This document shows positions 50,581-62,941 of a stretch of 64,000 bases of DNA, piece after piece; positions within the stretch are counted from its first letter, which is position 1; each line of letters opens with the position of its first letter. The position numbers and the translations under genes are program-made. A model generated the notes under the pieces. It saw only the letters and a program-made list of their open reading frames with translations. It ran no database searches and was not told where the DNA came from. The DNA comes from Narcine bancroftii. Its lineage: Eukaryota. The stretch covers positions 303,614,001 through 303,678,000 of the forward strand of contig NC_091471.1 of assembly GCF_036971445.1 (NCBI RefSeq), read 5' to 3'.

Positions 50581-50820
50581 TTTTAAATTTAGACATATAG
50601 CATGGTTACAGGCTCTTTTAGCCCATGAGCCTGTGCCATCCAATTACACCCAATTGACCCACAACCCCCATACATTTTTGAATGTGGGAGGAAACCGTAA
50701 CCCCTCCCCCCGGGGAAAACACGCGCAGACACGGGGAGAATGTACAAACTCCATATAGATAGCAAGGGATTTGAAATCACTGGCGCTGTCATGGCACTGT
50801 GCTAACCGCCACGCTAACAA
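50581..50820 (-). mobile_element. tRNA-derived SINE
   Basis: cgcagacacggggagaatgtacaaactcc. Confidence 0.8.
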
Positions 50821-52514
50821 AGTGTAAATTGTGAGATGCTATATCAGATAGCACCTTGCAGTTCACACTTTGAGCTTGCAGTCATCTGTGTCACCAAAAT
50901 TTTGAGATGCTGCAACTCAGCCAAGATAGGAAGTTGGAAATATCCAAATAAAGTAAATGGCTTGTATGGGGAGGGGATGGAGAGGGCATTTATGATTAGC
51001 CATTAAGGCTCAGGAGATGTTTCGAACATCTCTCCTGATGACTCATTCTTTGTTGTTCATTGATGGTGTGCTGGGATGCTTCCCTACAGTATAGGTGCTA
51101 TGGTGAAGTCATGCAAATCTCAAATATCCACATCGTCATGCATGGTGCTTCAGGACTGCAACTGATTCCAGCATCATGGGTTTCTGCTGTCATGGCCGTG
51201 TATACCTTGGTTATATCACTGACACTCAGGGAACAAGCAGTAGGTGAATTATTAAAAATGAAGAACACATTTAAATATTTTAAGAGTCTTCTGAAGACTC
51301 TTCAATAGAATAAATATAGTTGACACACCAAAATATACTTTACGACAAACATGCCAGTGTACAATATTCCAGAGGTGGACTCATATCAGTGAGGGAAGGT
51401 GGTGGCAGCGTGAGAGCGAGCGGGGGGGGGGGGTGGGGGGGGTGGACCGCATAGGGGTGATTGGGGTAGCGGCCGCGTCAGAGCAAGGGGGGAAAGGAGT
51501 CTTTAAGAAAAATAATTTAAATTCTATTCAACTATGCTTGAACCGGAAGTTAACCCCAATCTTCTTCAGGTCGGCTTGCTGATTTGTACAGATTACTGGT
51601 GAGGTATGGCGGGCTATGGACTGTGTGCAGGTCAGTGGGACTAGGTAGAAATATGGTTTGGCACATACAAGAAGGGGTGACGGGGCCTTTTTCTGTGCTG
51701 TAATGTTCTATGGTTCTCTGGATCTCATATTCCAAGAAGATCTTGGTTTCCAGAAGTGGGCATTAAATGGTCATGAAGGGTGTGAATCAAATATTTTTGG
51801 GGTTGTCCAAATGCCAGATGCTCAAAGATACAATTGAGTTCCTTCCAAGAGGACTTAACATCGCAGAAACAAGTCAAGCACGCAAGTAGGATCTTGAAGC
51901 TTTGTTTGCAGGGAATAAAACACAGACTCCAAACTGTATAGCTATATTTCAACCAGAGAATGATTTTATTTATTTTTCATCAAGTAAATTCTCAGAACAA
52001 AGTCACTGTTTTGCATTTGGTGAGCTCCAACTAGGAAATTGCTGTTCTTTTCAAATTCCCCATTAACACTTAACAATGAAGATAATCAGGATTTGCAGTT
52101 TCCAATGATTCATCCTATCCCCTTCCCCTTCCTGGTATGTGTGGATTGCTAAAAGAAAGATTCAACAATTTAAGAAAAGAGAACAAAAGATAACCGATAA
52201 CACTTGGAAAATTTTCAGACACTGGTGACAAATCTGGCCTGAGGATCTCTATGATTAGAATGCAGCAATTTATTTTAAAATTGGGACATTTTCTCTACTT
52301 CCTTACTTAAACTAAAATCCATAGATCCCAATGAATAAATATATCTGCTTTATCTGTCACTGTTGACAGGTGTCCGTGTGTATTTTCCTCTATCAATGCT
52401 AATTAACCAATAGTTGTTTGACATCGTTACTTGTTTGCTCAGCATATTGAGAACAGAAATCTCTTGTTTGACAGTTTCAATGAGGCTTTCCTTTTTCCAA
52501 AATAAACCAAAAGC

Positions 52515-52920
52515 AATTATTGCAACGATCTTCCTTCATATTCGTTTGGAAAGACTAGAGTGTCGCTGTTTATGACTCGTTCAAAGAAAAGTCCGAACTA
52601 AAGTTGCATTTGAGTTTTTCCACAGTTTATTAAACCTTATCAGTTACTACATTGTTACTACTTTCTTATACATTACTAAAAACTATGATAAAACAATTAA
52701 ACATGAGGATTAAAACAATTATTATAATGGTCAATAAAAATATTCAGACCATCTCCATTCTTCACAGAACAAAGGAAAATTCAAAACTTATGCTTTATCT
52801 TAAACATGCAGAAAACTAGCCACAACCTTGAAGCTGGCTGTTACTAGGAGACACTCAAAGATGTCACAATATCTGCTGGCTTCTTGCAAAATATACTTTC
52901 AAGTTATTTTAACCCTTACA
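52515..52920 (-). mobile_element. 3' LTR of a BEL/Pao element
   Basis: Minus strand ggggcagtat (PPT-like) followed by TGTAAGGG at 52920, just downstream of the integrase C-terminus. AATAAA near 52630. Homologous to 58492-59132. Confidence 0.6.
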
Positions 52921-52989
52921 ATACTGCCCCTATTTATTATATCTAAAAAATAACAATTACCATTATAAAGAAAAAAATCAAACATAGTA

Positions 52990-55210
52990 ATATATTGGTT
53001 AAATATTCAGAAGAAGGTGAAAGTTAATTGACTTCTGCTTTCTGCTTCTTGTAAAAGACAGGTTTTGGTAAACTGGCCTGTTCAGAATGCCAGTTTTAGT
53101 CTTAATCCGAACTCGATGTACAAGTTCTTTTTTGTCCTGAATGGTATCAACAATTATCCTCATCAACTCCGAGGCATTGAATGGATTATGACAGTGGTTC
53201 TCAACGTTTTTCTTTCCATTCACATACCGCCTTAATTATTCGCTATGCCATAGGGGCTCTGTGATTATTAAGGGATTGCTTAAGTTTGGTATGTGAGTGG
53301 AAAGAAAAAGGTTGAAAACTACTGTTTTAATTGTACCTAATTGACTTGTTATGTGCACGATTTCATAACTCCAAAGGAAATGGGCCAACTTTTCTCGAGC
53401 AAATTATTTCAGAAACAATTGGGTCTAGAACAGTGGTACTCAACCTTCCCTTCCCACTCACATACGACCTTCAGCAATCCCTTACTAACCACAGAGCACT
53501 GAAGGCATAGGGATTACATAAAGTCGTATGTGAGTGGAAAGAAAAAGGTTGAGAACCATGGGCATACGATGACCACGACATCCCCAGCCATGAAATTGTG
53601 CCTGATCTTAAACCATTTCTGTCACTCCTGCAATAGTGGAAGATATTCTTTCACCCATCTTTTCCAGAACAAATCCGATATAAAATGCACCTGCTTCTAC
53701 CTGCGAAGTGCACATATATCTTCCTTTTGAAACTGTCCCTTCATGAAGCAAGGGTGGTTTGGGATAGAGCTTCAAGATCATTTGGATCGGTTGAAGTTGT
53801 GATTGGACGACTGTTGAGGATAGCTTCAACTTCACATAGAACTATCTGAAGTCCATGAAGACCATGAAGGAAGGGTGGTTTGGGATAGAGATTCAAGATC
53901 ATTTGGATCAGTTGAAGTTGTGTTTGGATGACTCTTGAGGATAGCTTCAACTTCACATAGAACTATCCGAAGACCATCCTCATTAAAATTTTGTCCATTG
54001 AAGATTGAATTAAGAACTTTCTGCACTGATCTAATCAACCTTTCCCATACACCACCATGGTGTGAGCCAGAAGGGGGATTGAAGTTCCAAATCATTCCTT
54101 TCTGAACTAGTTTATTTTGGATTTGAGTTGGATTCCAGTTTAAAATTGCATATCTTAACTCGTGCTGAGCTCCCACAAAATTAGTGCCATTGACAGATTG
54201 TAGTTCCTTCACTTGTCCAATAAAACCTCACAGGACGTTGATGAAAGAGTCATCCCACTTCATGTGAAATTGCTCTTAAGACTAAACATGTGAAAAATGA
54301 CACCATAACACTTCACAACACTCCTTGCACGTTTCACTTCAAAGGCTCCAAAATAATCAACTCCAACATATGTGAAACAAGGTTTTTCTGGAGTGGCTCT
54401 GTCCAGAGGCAAATATGTCATCAGCTGCTGTCCAGAAGGAATATTTACACATCAACAAACATTTCATTACCATTTTTATGCTTATTCTAGTGGCACCACG
54501 TCCAATATTAGTCGGGATAACATATGGTCACAACCACCATGACCTAGCTCTTCATGAACATGTTGAAGAATTAGATCTGAAATGTGAAAATATTTGGCCA
54601 GTATGACAGGATGTTTCATTTCTTCTGGTATGGCTGCTCTAGCAAGGCGCCCACCAACTCGCCCACTCTTCTTGTGAATAGGGTTGAGTTTGCAAATATG
54701 ACATGCATTCCTTTTTTCAGACTTGAAATTTCATCTGCAAATCTCTTCCTCTGGCTAAAGCAGATTAGTTCCATCTCAGCATTAATTAATTCTTTAACTG
54801 TGAGATGTCCCTTTTCTTGCGTCTCAAGATTACCTGTCTTCAGTTGTGGTAGAAACTTCTGATAGATGTTATCCGATTGAAATTTTGCAAGAACATCATT
54901 TGTTTGTTTGTTTCTGCTACAATTTTAAATCTCAGCATCCCTGCTGTTGCCCTTTTCAAACCATTCCAGGACAAGAAATAATGAATTAAGCAGGAAATGG
55001 AATTCATTTGCTCAGACATTATCTGAACTGTATTTGCAGTTTTACTCCTGATTTCAGGGTCTTCTGTTAAAAGTTCTTCTAATTTATCAGGATTTTGAGG
55101 CCACTCCTTTTGAGACTGTAGAAGAAATCAAGGCCCTCACACCCACATTTCATTCTTCAGAAAAATCTTGACCTTCAAACCTTGGGAAGCCAGATTGGCA
55201 GGATTGCATC
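52990..55210 (-). mobile_element. BEL/Pao LTR retrotransposon pol remnant (RNase H end, integrase, C-terminal domain)
   Basis: NPANLASQG, NGTNFVGA, WNFNPPSGSHHGGVWERLIRSV, CEVEAILNSRPIT and VRIKTKTGILNRPV. Confidence 0.9.
53192..53560. mobile_element. Composite hAT/Charlie-like MITE (two palindromic units) inserted in the BEL element
   Basis: cagtggttctcaac-type TIRs starting at 53192 and 53431, with reverse copies ending at 53324 and about 53560. Confidence 0.8.
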
Positions 55211-55211
55211 C

Positions 55212-55512
55212 CAATCCACACACTAGATTCTTTCTCATTTCCTCAAAACTGGCCTTTCTCCAATTTAGAATCTCAACCTGAGGCCCATAATTAACTTGAA
55301 TCTAGTGGCATTATGATTACTGGACCCAAAATGTTCCCCTACACATACTTCTGTCACCTGTCCTGTCTCGTTCCCTTAAAGGAGAACCAGTATTGCACTC
55401 TCTCTAGTTGGAACCTCTATATATTGATTTACAAATTCCTGAATACATTTGACAAACTCCAAGCCATCCAGCCCTTTTAAAGTGTAGGGGTCCCAGTCAA
55501 TATGTGGATATC
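55212..55512 (-). mobile_element. CR1 endonuclease-region fragment
   Basis: Reverse complement of 2975-3067 plus 4705-4940. Confidence 0.8.
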
Positions 55513-55719
55513 CTTTGTTGTTTCCATTTTCATCTAGAAACTTCACTTTACTAGTGAGATGGTGCTCCTCTTTCTGTAGTAATCTGGATGTCTGGACTTA
55601 AATGCCTGCAACCTGGCGTTCAGCAGGTTCCGGATTTCAATGTTAATCAAGGACCTGATCGGGTAAAAACCCAAAAAATTTGATGGGGTCACACTTGAAA
55701 TGCTGATTATTTTAGAGGT

Positions 55720-55992
55720 TTAGAACATAGAACACTACAGCGCAATACATGCCCTTTGGCCCTTGATGCTGTGCATCATATATTCCTTAAAGAAAGTACT
55801 AAACCCTCCCTACCCTGTAACCCTCTATTTTTCTTCCATCCTAAGAGTTTCTTAAGTGCCCCAAATGTTTCAGCCTCCACCACTATCCCTGTCAAGGCAT
55901 TCCAGGCACCCACAACTCTGTGTGTAAGAAAAACTTACCCCTGATGTCGTCCCCTAAACTTCCCTCCCTCCACTTTGTTCACGTGTCCTCTG
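55720..55992 (-). mobile_element. CR1 3' end
   Basis: agaacatagaacactacag tail and gcattccaggcacccacaactctg. Confidence 0.75.
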
Positions 55993-56144
55993 GTTTTCAT
56001 GGTTTCTTCCTGTCTGCACTCTTAACTCAAATTAATATTTCAAAGGGATTTAACTTGTTACAGGAAAAAAGAAGTAAAATCAACATTAAAATAAATTCAG
56101 AACAATTGAACCAACAAGCTGAGGAACTGCAGATGTGTTTAACA

Positions 56145-58365
56145 TTCTTCTTCTTTGGCTTGGCTTCGCGGACGAAGATTTATGGAGGGGTAATGTCCAC
56201 GTCAGCTGCAGGCTCGTTTGTGGCTGACAAGTCCGATGCGGGACAGGCAGACATGGTTGCAGCGGTTGCAAGGGAAAATTGGTGGGTTGGGGTTGGGTGT
56301 TGGGTTTTTCTTCCTTTGTCTTTTGTTAGTGAGGTGGGCTCTGCGGTCTTCTTCAAAGGAGGTTGCTGCCCGCTGAACTGTGAGGTGCCAAGATGCACGG
56401 TTTGAGGCGATATCAGCCCACTGGCGGTGGTCAATGTGGCAAGCACCAAGAGATTCCTTTTTTTTTAAATTTTTTATTTTTTACACAATAAACCATATTG
56501 ACTAAAATACATACAGACATTTTTCTCTTGAATATATAGTGTCATTTTCTCCCCTTTTTCCCCCTCCCTTCCCTCCCTCCTTCTCTCCCCTTCCCATTTA
56601 TTCAAAGTTTAATCTATAAGATACATTAAATCCATTAAACAATGTTGTCACTTAATAAAATAAACAAGAAATTTTTATCTTTTACTTTTATATACTGAGT
56701 CAGTTCATTTTGTTGTCTTCTCCTTCTGTCATTTTAGGTAGTGGAGGTTCATGGTAGGATTTCTCTATTGTATTTCATGTATGGTTCCCATATTTGTTCG
56801 AATATTGTGATGTTATTTCTTAAATTATATGTTATTTTTTATAATGGAATACATTTATTCATTTCTATATACCATTGTTGTATTCTCAAGTTGTCTACTA
56901 ATTTCCAGGTTGATATATTACATTTTTTTGCTACAGCTAGGGCTATCATAATAAATCTTTTCTGTGCTCCATCCAAATCGAGTCCAAATTCTTTATTTCT
57001 TATATTACTTAGAAGGAAGATCTCTGGGTTTTTTGGTATATTGCTTTTTGTGATTTTATTTAATATCTGGTTTAGATCTTCTCAAAATTTTCACATGTCC
57101 AAACTTCTCACATGTCCAAATTGCATGTATTGTTGTTCCCGTTTCCTTTTTACAGCAAAAACATCTGTCTGATACTGTTGGGTCCCATTTATTTAACTTT
57201 TGGGGTGTGATTACTGGACCCAATGTGTAACCAATTATATTGTATCACGCGTAACCTCGTGTTTATTGTATTTCTCATGGTTACGGAGCATAACTTCTCC
57301 CATGTTTCATTCTTTATCTTTATGTTTAGATCTTGTTCCCATTTTTGTTTAGGTTTACAGTTTGTTTCCTCGTTCTCCTTTTCTTGCAGTTTGATGTACA
57401 TGTTTGTTATAATTTTTTTAATTATCATTGTGTCTGTAATCACATATTCAAAATTGCTTCCTTCTGGTAACCTCAGACTGTTTCCCAATTTGTCCTTCAA
57501 GTAGGTATGCAAACCTTGTATCGTGAGTTATATTATATTTGTCCTTCATTTGTTCAAAAGATAATAATTTATTTCCCGAAAAACAATTTTCTATTCTTTT
57601 GATCCCTTTTCTCTCCCATTCTCTGAAGGAAAGGATATTTATTGTGAAAGGGATTAGTTGATTTTGTGTCAATATTAATTTTGGTCGTTGATAATTTATT
57701 TATTCCTTTCTATGTGAATCTTCTTCCAAATGTTGAGCAGATGGTGTAATACTGGTGAATTCCTACATTGCACCAATTTTTCATCCCACTTATAGAGTAT
57801 ATGCTCAGGTATCTTCTCCGCTATTTTATCTAGCTCTAATCTGGTCCAATCTGGTTTTTCCCTTGTTTGATAAAAATCTGATAGGTATCTTAATTGCGCT
57901 GCTCTATAATAATTAAAGTTTGGTAGTTGTAAGCCTCCTTGTTTGTACCATTCTGTTAATTTATCTAGTGCTATCCTCGGTTTCCCCCCTTTCCATAAAA
58001 ATTTCCTTATTATTTTCTTTAGCTCCTTGAAAAATTTCTGTTAGGTGAATTGGTAAAGATTGAAATAGGTATTGTATCCTCGGGAAGATGTTCATTTTAA
58101 TACAGTTTATCCTTCCTATCAGTGTTAGTGGTAAGTCTTTCCAGTGCTCTAAGTCATCTTGTAACTTTTTCATTAATGGCTGATAATTTAGTTTATATGA
58201 ATAATGCGGATTTCACAAAGTTTAAGGAAGAATCACCATTTAGATGGCAAACACAAGCAATTTGATACCTAGGTATACAACTAAATAATAATCTCGACCA
58301 AGAGATTTCTTTAGGCAGTCCTTGTACCTCTTCTTTGGTGCACCTCTGTCTCGGTGGCCAGTGGA
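56145..58365 (-). mobile_element. Young RTE 3' fragment split by an L1 (parts 56145-56460 and 58297-58365)
   Basis: The two parts are contiguous in the 48.7-kb copy ([22 protein letters not shown] | GACHIDHR). Confidence 0.92.
56461..58296 (-). mobile_element. 5'-truncated L1 with an inverted 100-bp 5' segment
   Basis: Poly(T) at 56457-56467 and ORF2 post-RT region (LPLTLIGRINCIKMNIFPRI). 16-bp TSD accaagagatt[c/t]cttt at 56445-56460 and 58297-58312. Confidence 0.93.
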
Positions 58366-58491
58366 TATAAAATGATGCACATCAGACCAAATGTGGCTGC
58401 ATGACAACGAGGTTCTATTTGTAGATGGAAAAAGAGTTGGATCATTCACTGCAGTTCAAGGCAAATGAAAGATGTAACCATGAATGCTAAT

Positions 58492-60590
58492 CGTTAGGGC
58501 TAAAATGACTTATAAATGTATTTTTTGCCAGTTTCTAGCAGCTAAAAGTTTCTAGCAGTCTGCAAAACATTGTTTCCTTTGAGTGTTTCTATAGTTATTG
58601 CCTTACAGTCAAGGTTAAAAAGCTGTGTTTTTGATCATATTACTGTGCATCTTGGCGCCTCATAGTTCGGCGGGCAGCAACCTCCTTTGAAGAAGACCGC
58701 ACTGACAAAAGACAAAGGAGGAAAAACCCAACACCCAACCCCAACCAACCAATTTTCCCCTGCAACCGCTGCAACCGTGTCTACCTGTCCCGCATCAGAC
58801 TTGTCAGCCACAAACGAGCCTGCAGCTGACGTGGACATTACCCCTCCATAAATCTTCGTCCGCGAAGCCAAGCCAAAGAAGAAGAGAGAGAAACAAAGTT
58901 TAGTTTTGAATTGGTTATAAAGCCAGTTTAGACAATTCTCTTTGATTGTGTACATTTGAATGTATTAATATCGTATTGTTCATTTATTAATTGTTTCAAG
59001 GATAAGTTTACTGTTTAGAGTGCAAATAAAGTGAAAAACTCAATGTTATTGGAAATGTCTTTTTCATTAACAAGTCAAATCAACCGGCTGTATGTTTTCA
59101 AGTGATTATAGAGGGAGATGGTCACAATAATTAAGTCAATAAAAAATCTGGATTATTGACTCATTAGTCAATAAAAGAGACTATTTAGTCAAAACAAATT
59201 TGGACTATTGACTAGTTAGTCAATAGAAGATGGATCTTCAAGCAAGACTAATTAAGTAAAAGAAATTTTGGACTATTGACTCATAAGGACAGATTGGAAG
59301 AAATAGAAAATTAGAAATCGAATTTGGAAGAATTCTGGATCAATTTGGCTCTGTTTAGAGCTGCTTGATAAGGAGAAACGAACACCAATCAAAACCATTG
59401 CTAGAAGCGGTAAACCTTCTAAGTTTATTACAGATTAGAGCACAGATGGGGGCATTGGATCTGCTTGTCCTACGAGAACTGTTTTGGGTTTGGAGAGATT
59501 GTTGTGCATGTTTGATATCTGAGTGTGATGAATGACACTATGGAGGAAAGAGCAGCTATGGCTACTAGGGAGCGATGTTTCAAGAAGATGAAAAAGGCAA
59601 AACTAAAGATGAATTTCAAAAATGGCAATTAGATGGGAAGGGAAACAAGGCAACTCTTCAAGCAAGACTGAGGGATGATATGAATAAGGTTTCAGCTGTG
59701 GGGATATGGATCCCACAGAATTACTGCCAGAAACATTAACGGAAACTAAGATTAGTCACGGGGCAGTGGCTAAAGCTTTACCACATGATGGTGGTGTGAA
59801 GGATGAACTACCTAAAATGGAGTCATTGTCAGAGATTAAAGCATTGTTTGACTTACAGGACCTAATAAGATTTCCTGATATTTCCAGCAGGAGGAGCTCT
59901 AGAGCAGGCGCCAGTTTCAAGTACTGAATCTTTGCATAGAAGAATTCAAATGGACGCGGCGGCTCTTAAAGTAGAAAAGAAAATGCATCAGTTTGAGTTG
60001 GACTTAGAAGATAAGAAAGCGGAGCTAAAAAAGCAAAAGAAGCAAATGGAACTGGACAAAAAAAAATTGCTGTTAATGAGGCCAGGTCAGAGGCACCAGA
60101 AAGTCCAGTGAACAAAGTAAATTATTGAAAACATCAAATTCTGATGAAGGACTTCAGGGAAGTAAACTATTAGATACCAGCATTAGAACCACAATATGGG
60201 CCTGGTCTTGGTACAAAGCTGAGCCAGTGTTAGAACCACAACGTGGGCCTCATCTTGAATTAGTCAGGTCTAGGTACAAAGCTGAGCCAATGCTAGGACA
60301 ACAAGAAGTGATTGGTCAAGGACTGAGCCAGTGCCTTAGCCTCAATATGGACTTGGTTTTGAAACAGGCAAAGGACGGGCTGATCCAGTGACGTGGCTCA
60401 GAGATCCCAAATTAATGAGTTTGATCCAAAGAGCTAGATTTGCCAGCATATGACTCCAAATCAAGGATTCAAAAGGACTAATGATTATTAGAGAAACATT
60501 TTGGTGGCAAATATAGGTGGAATGATCTAGTCACTATATAACATAAAACTGATTTTGTCAGTTTGGCTCTGAAAAAAATTCTGATCATTG
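58492..60590 (+). mobile_element. Probable BEL-related LTR (58492-59132) followed by a decayed leader and gag-like region
   Basis: Colinear similarity to the 52515-52920 LTR (cgttagggctaaaatgactt vs tgtaagggttaaaataactt; aataaagtgaaaaactcaatg vs aataaactgtggaaaaactcaaatg). E/K-rich coiled-coil-like coding remnants at 59700-60120. Confidence 0.55.
58642..58884 (+). mobile_element. Young RTE 3' fragment inserted in the LTR
   Basis: Near-identical to 49722-49973 apart from a 12-bp deletion. gaagaag tail. Confidence 0.92.
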
Positions 60591-60597
60591 AGGATTT

Positions 60598-60762
60598 GGA
60601 AACATAGAAACATAGAAGATAGGAGCAGGAGTAGGTCATTCGGCCCTTCGAGTCTGCTCTGCCATTGAATGAGATCATGGCTGATCTTAAAGTTCAGTAC
60701 CCCATCCCCGCCTTCTCTCTGTAGCCCCTAATTCCCTTATACTGAAAAAATATTTCTAATTG
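60598..60762 (-). mobile_element. CR1 3' end
   Basis: (aaacatag)n tail and ggagcaggagtaggtcattcggccc. Confidence 0.8.
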
Positions 60763-60982
60763 TTTTGGATATCGTAATTTATCCAAAATTTTTTGGAGGT
60801 GAAATTATGTCATTTTGGCTTCGAAAATTTTTTGGATAAATGAGGATTTCTGATTTTTCTGAAATCCTGACATTAAAAAAAAACTTTCTGAGCTGAACAG
60901 TTGTCACTTCCGGGTCCAAAAAAATTTTGGATGACTGAGGATTTTGGATAATCCAATTTCATATAATCGGAGTTGCATTGTA
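60763..60982. mobile_element. Partial Tc1/mariner (Tigger-like) MITE
   Basis: Repeated ttttggataa motifs ending in cggagttgcattgta. Confidence 0.45.
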
Positions 60983-61588
60983 ATTGTAAAAATGTATAGA
61001 CGATGCAGAAAATTTAGAATAATGTCCAATTTTGACTTGTTTGGGAACATTCAGAGAAGGGCAACACAAATTCAGTTATCAGGAAGGATCACTGGGTTAA
61101 ACCTCTTTCAATGGAAAAGAAAGCTGAAAATAATTGCGATCTTTCAAATGACAGAACTATGAGCACGGAACTAAATGTTCAAAGTTGACAGGCACCAACA
61201 AGTTTAAAATGTAAAATGTAAAGATATAAGTGTAGTGATAAATAGATATTCTTATTTAATTAATCCCCATGCTGATGCTCATTGCACCTTGGTGTGCCTT
61301 TACAACTGGAAAAAAGTGACAAATTATAAATATTATCATGTTCTGTGTGCTATGAGCGACCTGACAATAAAGGAGTCTTAGTTTTATTTCCTTGTTGGAT
61401 TTTTTAAAAATTTCTTTCTTAAATCTTACTGGATTTCGAACTGGAATGAATGAAGAGTTGTGTAGTGATAACACTGCACTGTTTTCACAGTGGAATGGAA
61501 TGGTCTATTCATTGATATTAAGGAGACAGAATTGAATACAATGGAAATGATAAACTAATTTAAGACGTTTAATATTTGGAAAGTTATA

Positions 61589-61734
61589 NNNNNNNNNNNN
61601 NNNNNNNNNNNNNNNNNNNNNNNNNNNNNNNNNNNNNNNNNNNNNNNNNNNNNNNNNNNNNNNNNNNNNNNNNNNNNNNNNNNNNNNNNNNNNNNNNNNN
61701 NNNNNNNNNNNNNNNNNNNNNNNNNNNNNNNNNN
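61589..61734. other. Assembly gap
   Basis: Run of N. Confidence 1.
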
Positions 61735-61849
61735 AAGAAGGGAAGGAGATTGCACATGATCTAACATCATTTTCCAATCATATTTTCCTCCTGAAGAAGG
61801 CTGGTGCACCAATACTGTTTTAAAAAATGGGTTAGAACAGTGTAACAAG

Positions 61850-62135
61850 TAACTACAGGCCAGTCAGGCTAACAACAGTTGACAGATTATTGAAAACATT
61901 TCTGAGGGACAGAATAAATCAACGTTGAGAGAGGTATAGGCTAACCAAGGAGATCCATCATGGATTTGCTAAAGGAAGGTCATGCCTGATTAACTTGATC
62001 GAATTTTTTCAGAAGGTAGCAAGGAGAGTTTACATGGATTGCAACATGATGTTAGACAATGTTCCACATGGCAGATTGATGAGCAAAATAAAGGCCTGTG
62101 GGATTCAAGGCAAAGTCATAAATAGGATTAAACAG
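61850..62135 (+). mobile_element. Old CR1 RT fragment
   Basis: NYRPVRLT, HGFAKGRSCLINLIEFF and VPHGRL. Confidence 0.8.
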
Positions 62136-62690
62136 GTTTAAGTCCAGTTGAATGAAGCCGGCAATGTTTAAAGATCAATGGGAGTTTTACTTACCAGAGG
62201 AATGCGTGCATTGAAGGTCTGTAGGACTTGGACCTGGGTCTTTGTTTTTTTTAGACATACATTGATGCTTTGGAATGAAGTACATGAGCCATGATTAAGA
62301 TATTTGGCATGTGGCAGATAGGAGAAAGGTTCCCAGCAACAGGAAGGACTGGTTAAGCAGTTCATGTTGGTCTGATTGGCCTGGAGTTACTTTTTGCATT
62401 GCTCTATCCCAATGTTTCAGCAGAATCGATGCACCAACCTTCTTCCAGTCATGGTAAATGGAGTTCAGTTCATAACTATGTGTAGTGATTGGACAAAGGC
62501 AAACTAATCAATGACTATATGACAAATGATAGCTTGCAAAAATGTTCAAAGAAACAGAAGGATCTTAGAGTCCATGTCCACAGTTCCTTAAAAACAGCAG
62601 AGACTTGATCATTTGGTTAGAAAGCATAGTTTTTCTTGCCTTAATTAACCAATGGACAGAATAGAAGAGCAGTGAGATCATATAAAAAAT

Positions 62691-62941
62691 GGGCAGCTCA
62701 GTTAGCATAGCAGCTAGCGCAATGTTGTTACAGCACCAGTGATTGGGACCAGGGTTCGAATCTGGTGCTGTCTGTAAGGAGTTTGTACATTCTCCCCATG
62801 TCTTCCCCGGGAGGGGGGGGGTCCGTTTTTCTCCCACCGTTCAAAACATATGGGGGTTGTAGATCAATCTGGTGTAATTAGGTGGCATGGGCTGGTGGGC
62901 TAAAAGGGCCTGATACAGTGCTGCATGTCTAAATTTAAAAA
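62691..62941 (+). mobile_element. Full-length tRNA-derived SINE
   Basis: B box ggttcgaatct, core ctgtaaggagtttgtacattctcccc and A-rich tail. Confidence 0.85.

Noticed and set aside
51421-51480. G-rich runs as functional G-quadruplex or promoter (also 28553-28584 and purine-rich 27540-27730)
   Set aside because: Low-complexity tracts with no CpG island or gene context.
59134-59290. CRISPR-like repeat-spacer array
   Set aside because: Only 2-3 degenerate units with irregular spacing, no cas genes, and a eukaryotic LTR context.
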